Source: a virus (lineage: Duplodnaviria; Caudoviricetes). Taken from it: a stretch of 64,000 nucleotides of DNA. Positions 63,830 through 64,000 of the stretch are shown piece by piece (positions within the stretch are counted from its first letter, which is position 1; every line of letters starts with the position of its first letter). Made by a program: the position numbers and the translations under genes. The stretch covers positions 10,705 through 74,704 of IMG/VR virus record IMGVR_UViG_2974644955_000001. The stretch is one strand, 5' to 3'. The notes under the pieces are model-generated. The model ran no database searches, had not been told where the DNA came from, and saw only the letters and a list, made by a program, of their open reading frames with translations.

Positions 63830-64000
63830 TGTATCGACTTCAATTCCCCGCTGATGGATCAGTTCAAGGCTGTGGAGATCTCAATGAAATCTGGGATCTC
63901 TGCCTGTCTTACGGTCCATCAACCTGTGAAATACAGGTGTACTGCCCAGATTTTGGAGTCTGGGTTAAAATCAACACTCAACCAAAAGAGGAGGCTGTCC
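63829..64000 (+). CDS. Early hypothetical protein, 5' part (runs off the window)
   Basis: TAATG coupling; open frame MYRLQFPADGSVQGCGDLNEIWDLC... to the window end. Confidence 0.6.
   Translation, partial: MYRLQFPADGSVQGCGDLNEIWDLCLSYGPSTCEIQVYCPDFGVWVKINTQPKEEAV

Noticed and set aside
1-64000. Prophage or lysogeny functions, rRNA, host chromosomal genes
   Set aside because: No integrase, repressor, att-like context or rRNA seen; all content fits a lytic N4-like phage

Overview
About 64 kb of an N4-like (Schitoviridae) lytic podovirus genome, most consistent with the N4-like phages of marine Roseobacter-group Alphaproteobacteria (ThyX, thioredoxin, B12-dependent NrdJ, rIIA/rIIB and the Pro/Ile/Gln tRNA set). 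The assembly looks circularly permuted. Plus-strand middle and replication genes run from 1 to 28.5 kb. A minus-strand block from 28.7 to 58.2 kb holds the 3760-aa virion RNA polymerase, ejection proteins, capsid, portal, lysis genes and terminase. A second plus-strand accessory/tRNA block spans 58.3-61.7 kb, followed by a ~770-bp non-coding gap that probably contains the genome end, then the early region with two candidate vRNAP hairpin promoters. The RNAP II subunit genes are not in this window. Most interesting observations: (1) an ADP-ribosyltransferase-like domain and an extra HExxH metallopeptidase domain inside the virion RNAP upstream of its polymerase core, with a separate macrodomain-like gene as a possible eraser; (2) a 4-way-junction structured RNA candidate with pseudoknot potential at 28.55-28.72 kb and two other intergenic rods; (3) two distant paralogous adaptor-plus-lectin cassettes; (4) a phosphoesterase, Acb2/Tad1-like sponge and micro-membrane-protein operon; (5) an apparently circularly permuted SleB hydrolase in an ejection protein; (6) hairpin promoters with 4-nt loops. 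All family assignments are from motif recognition by eye; no database searches were run.
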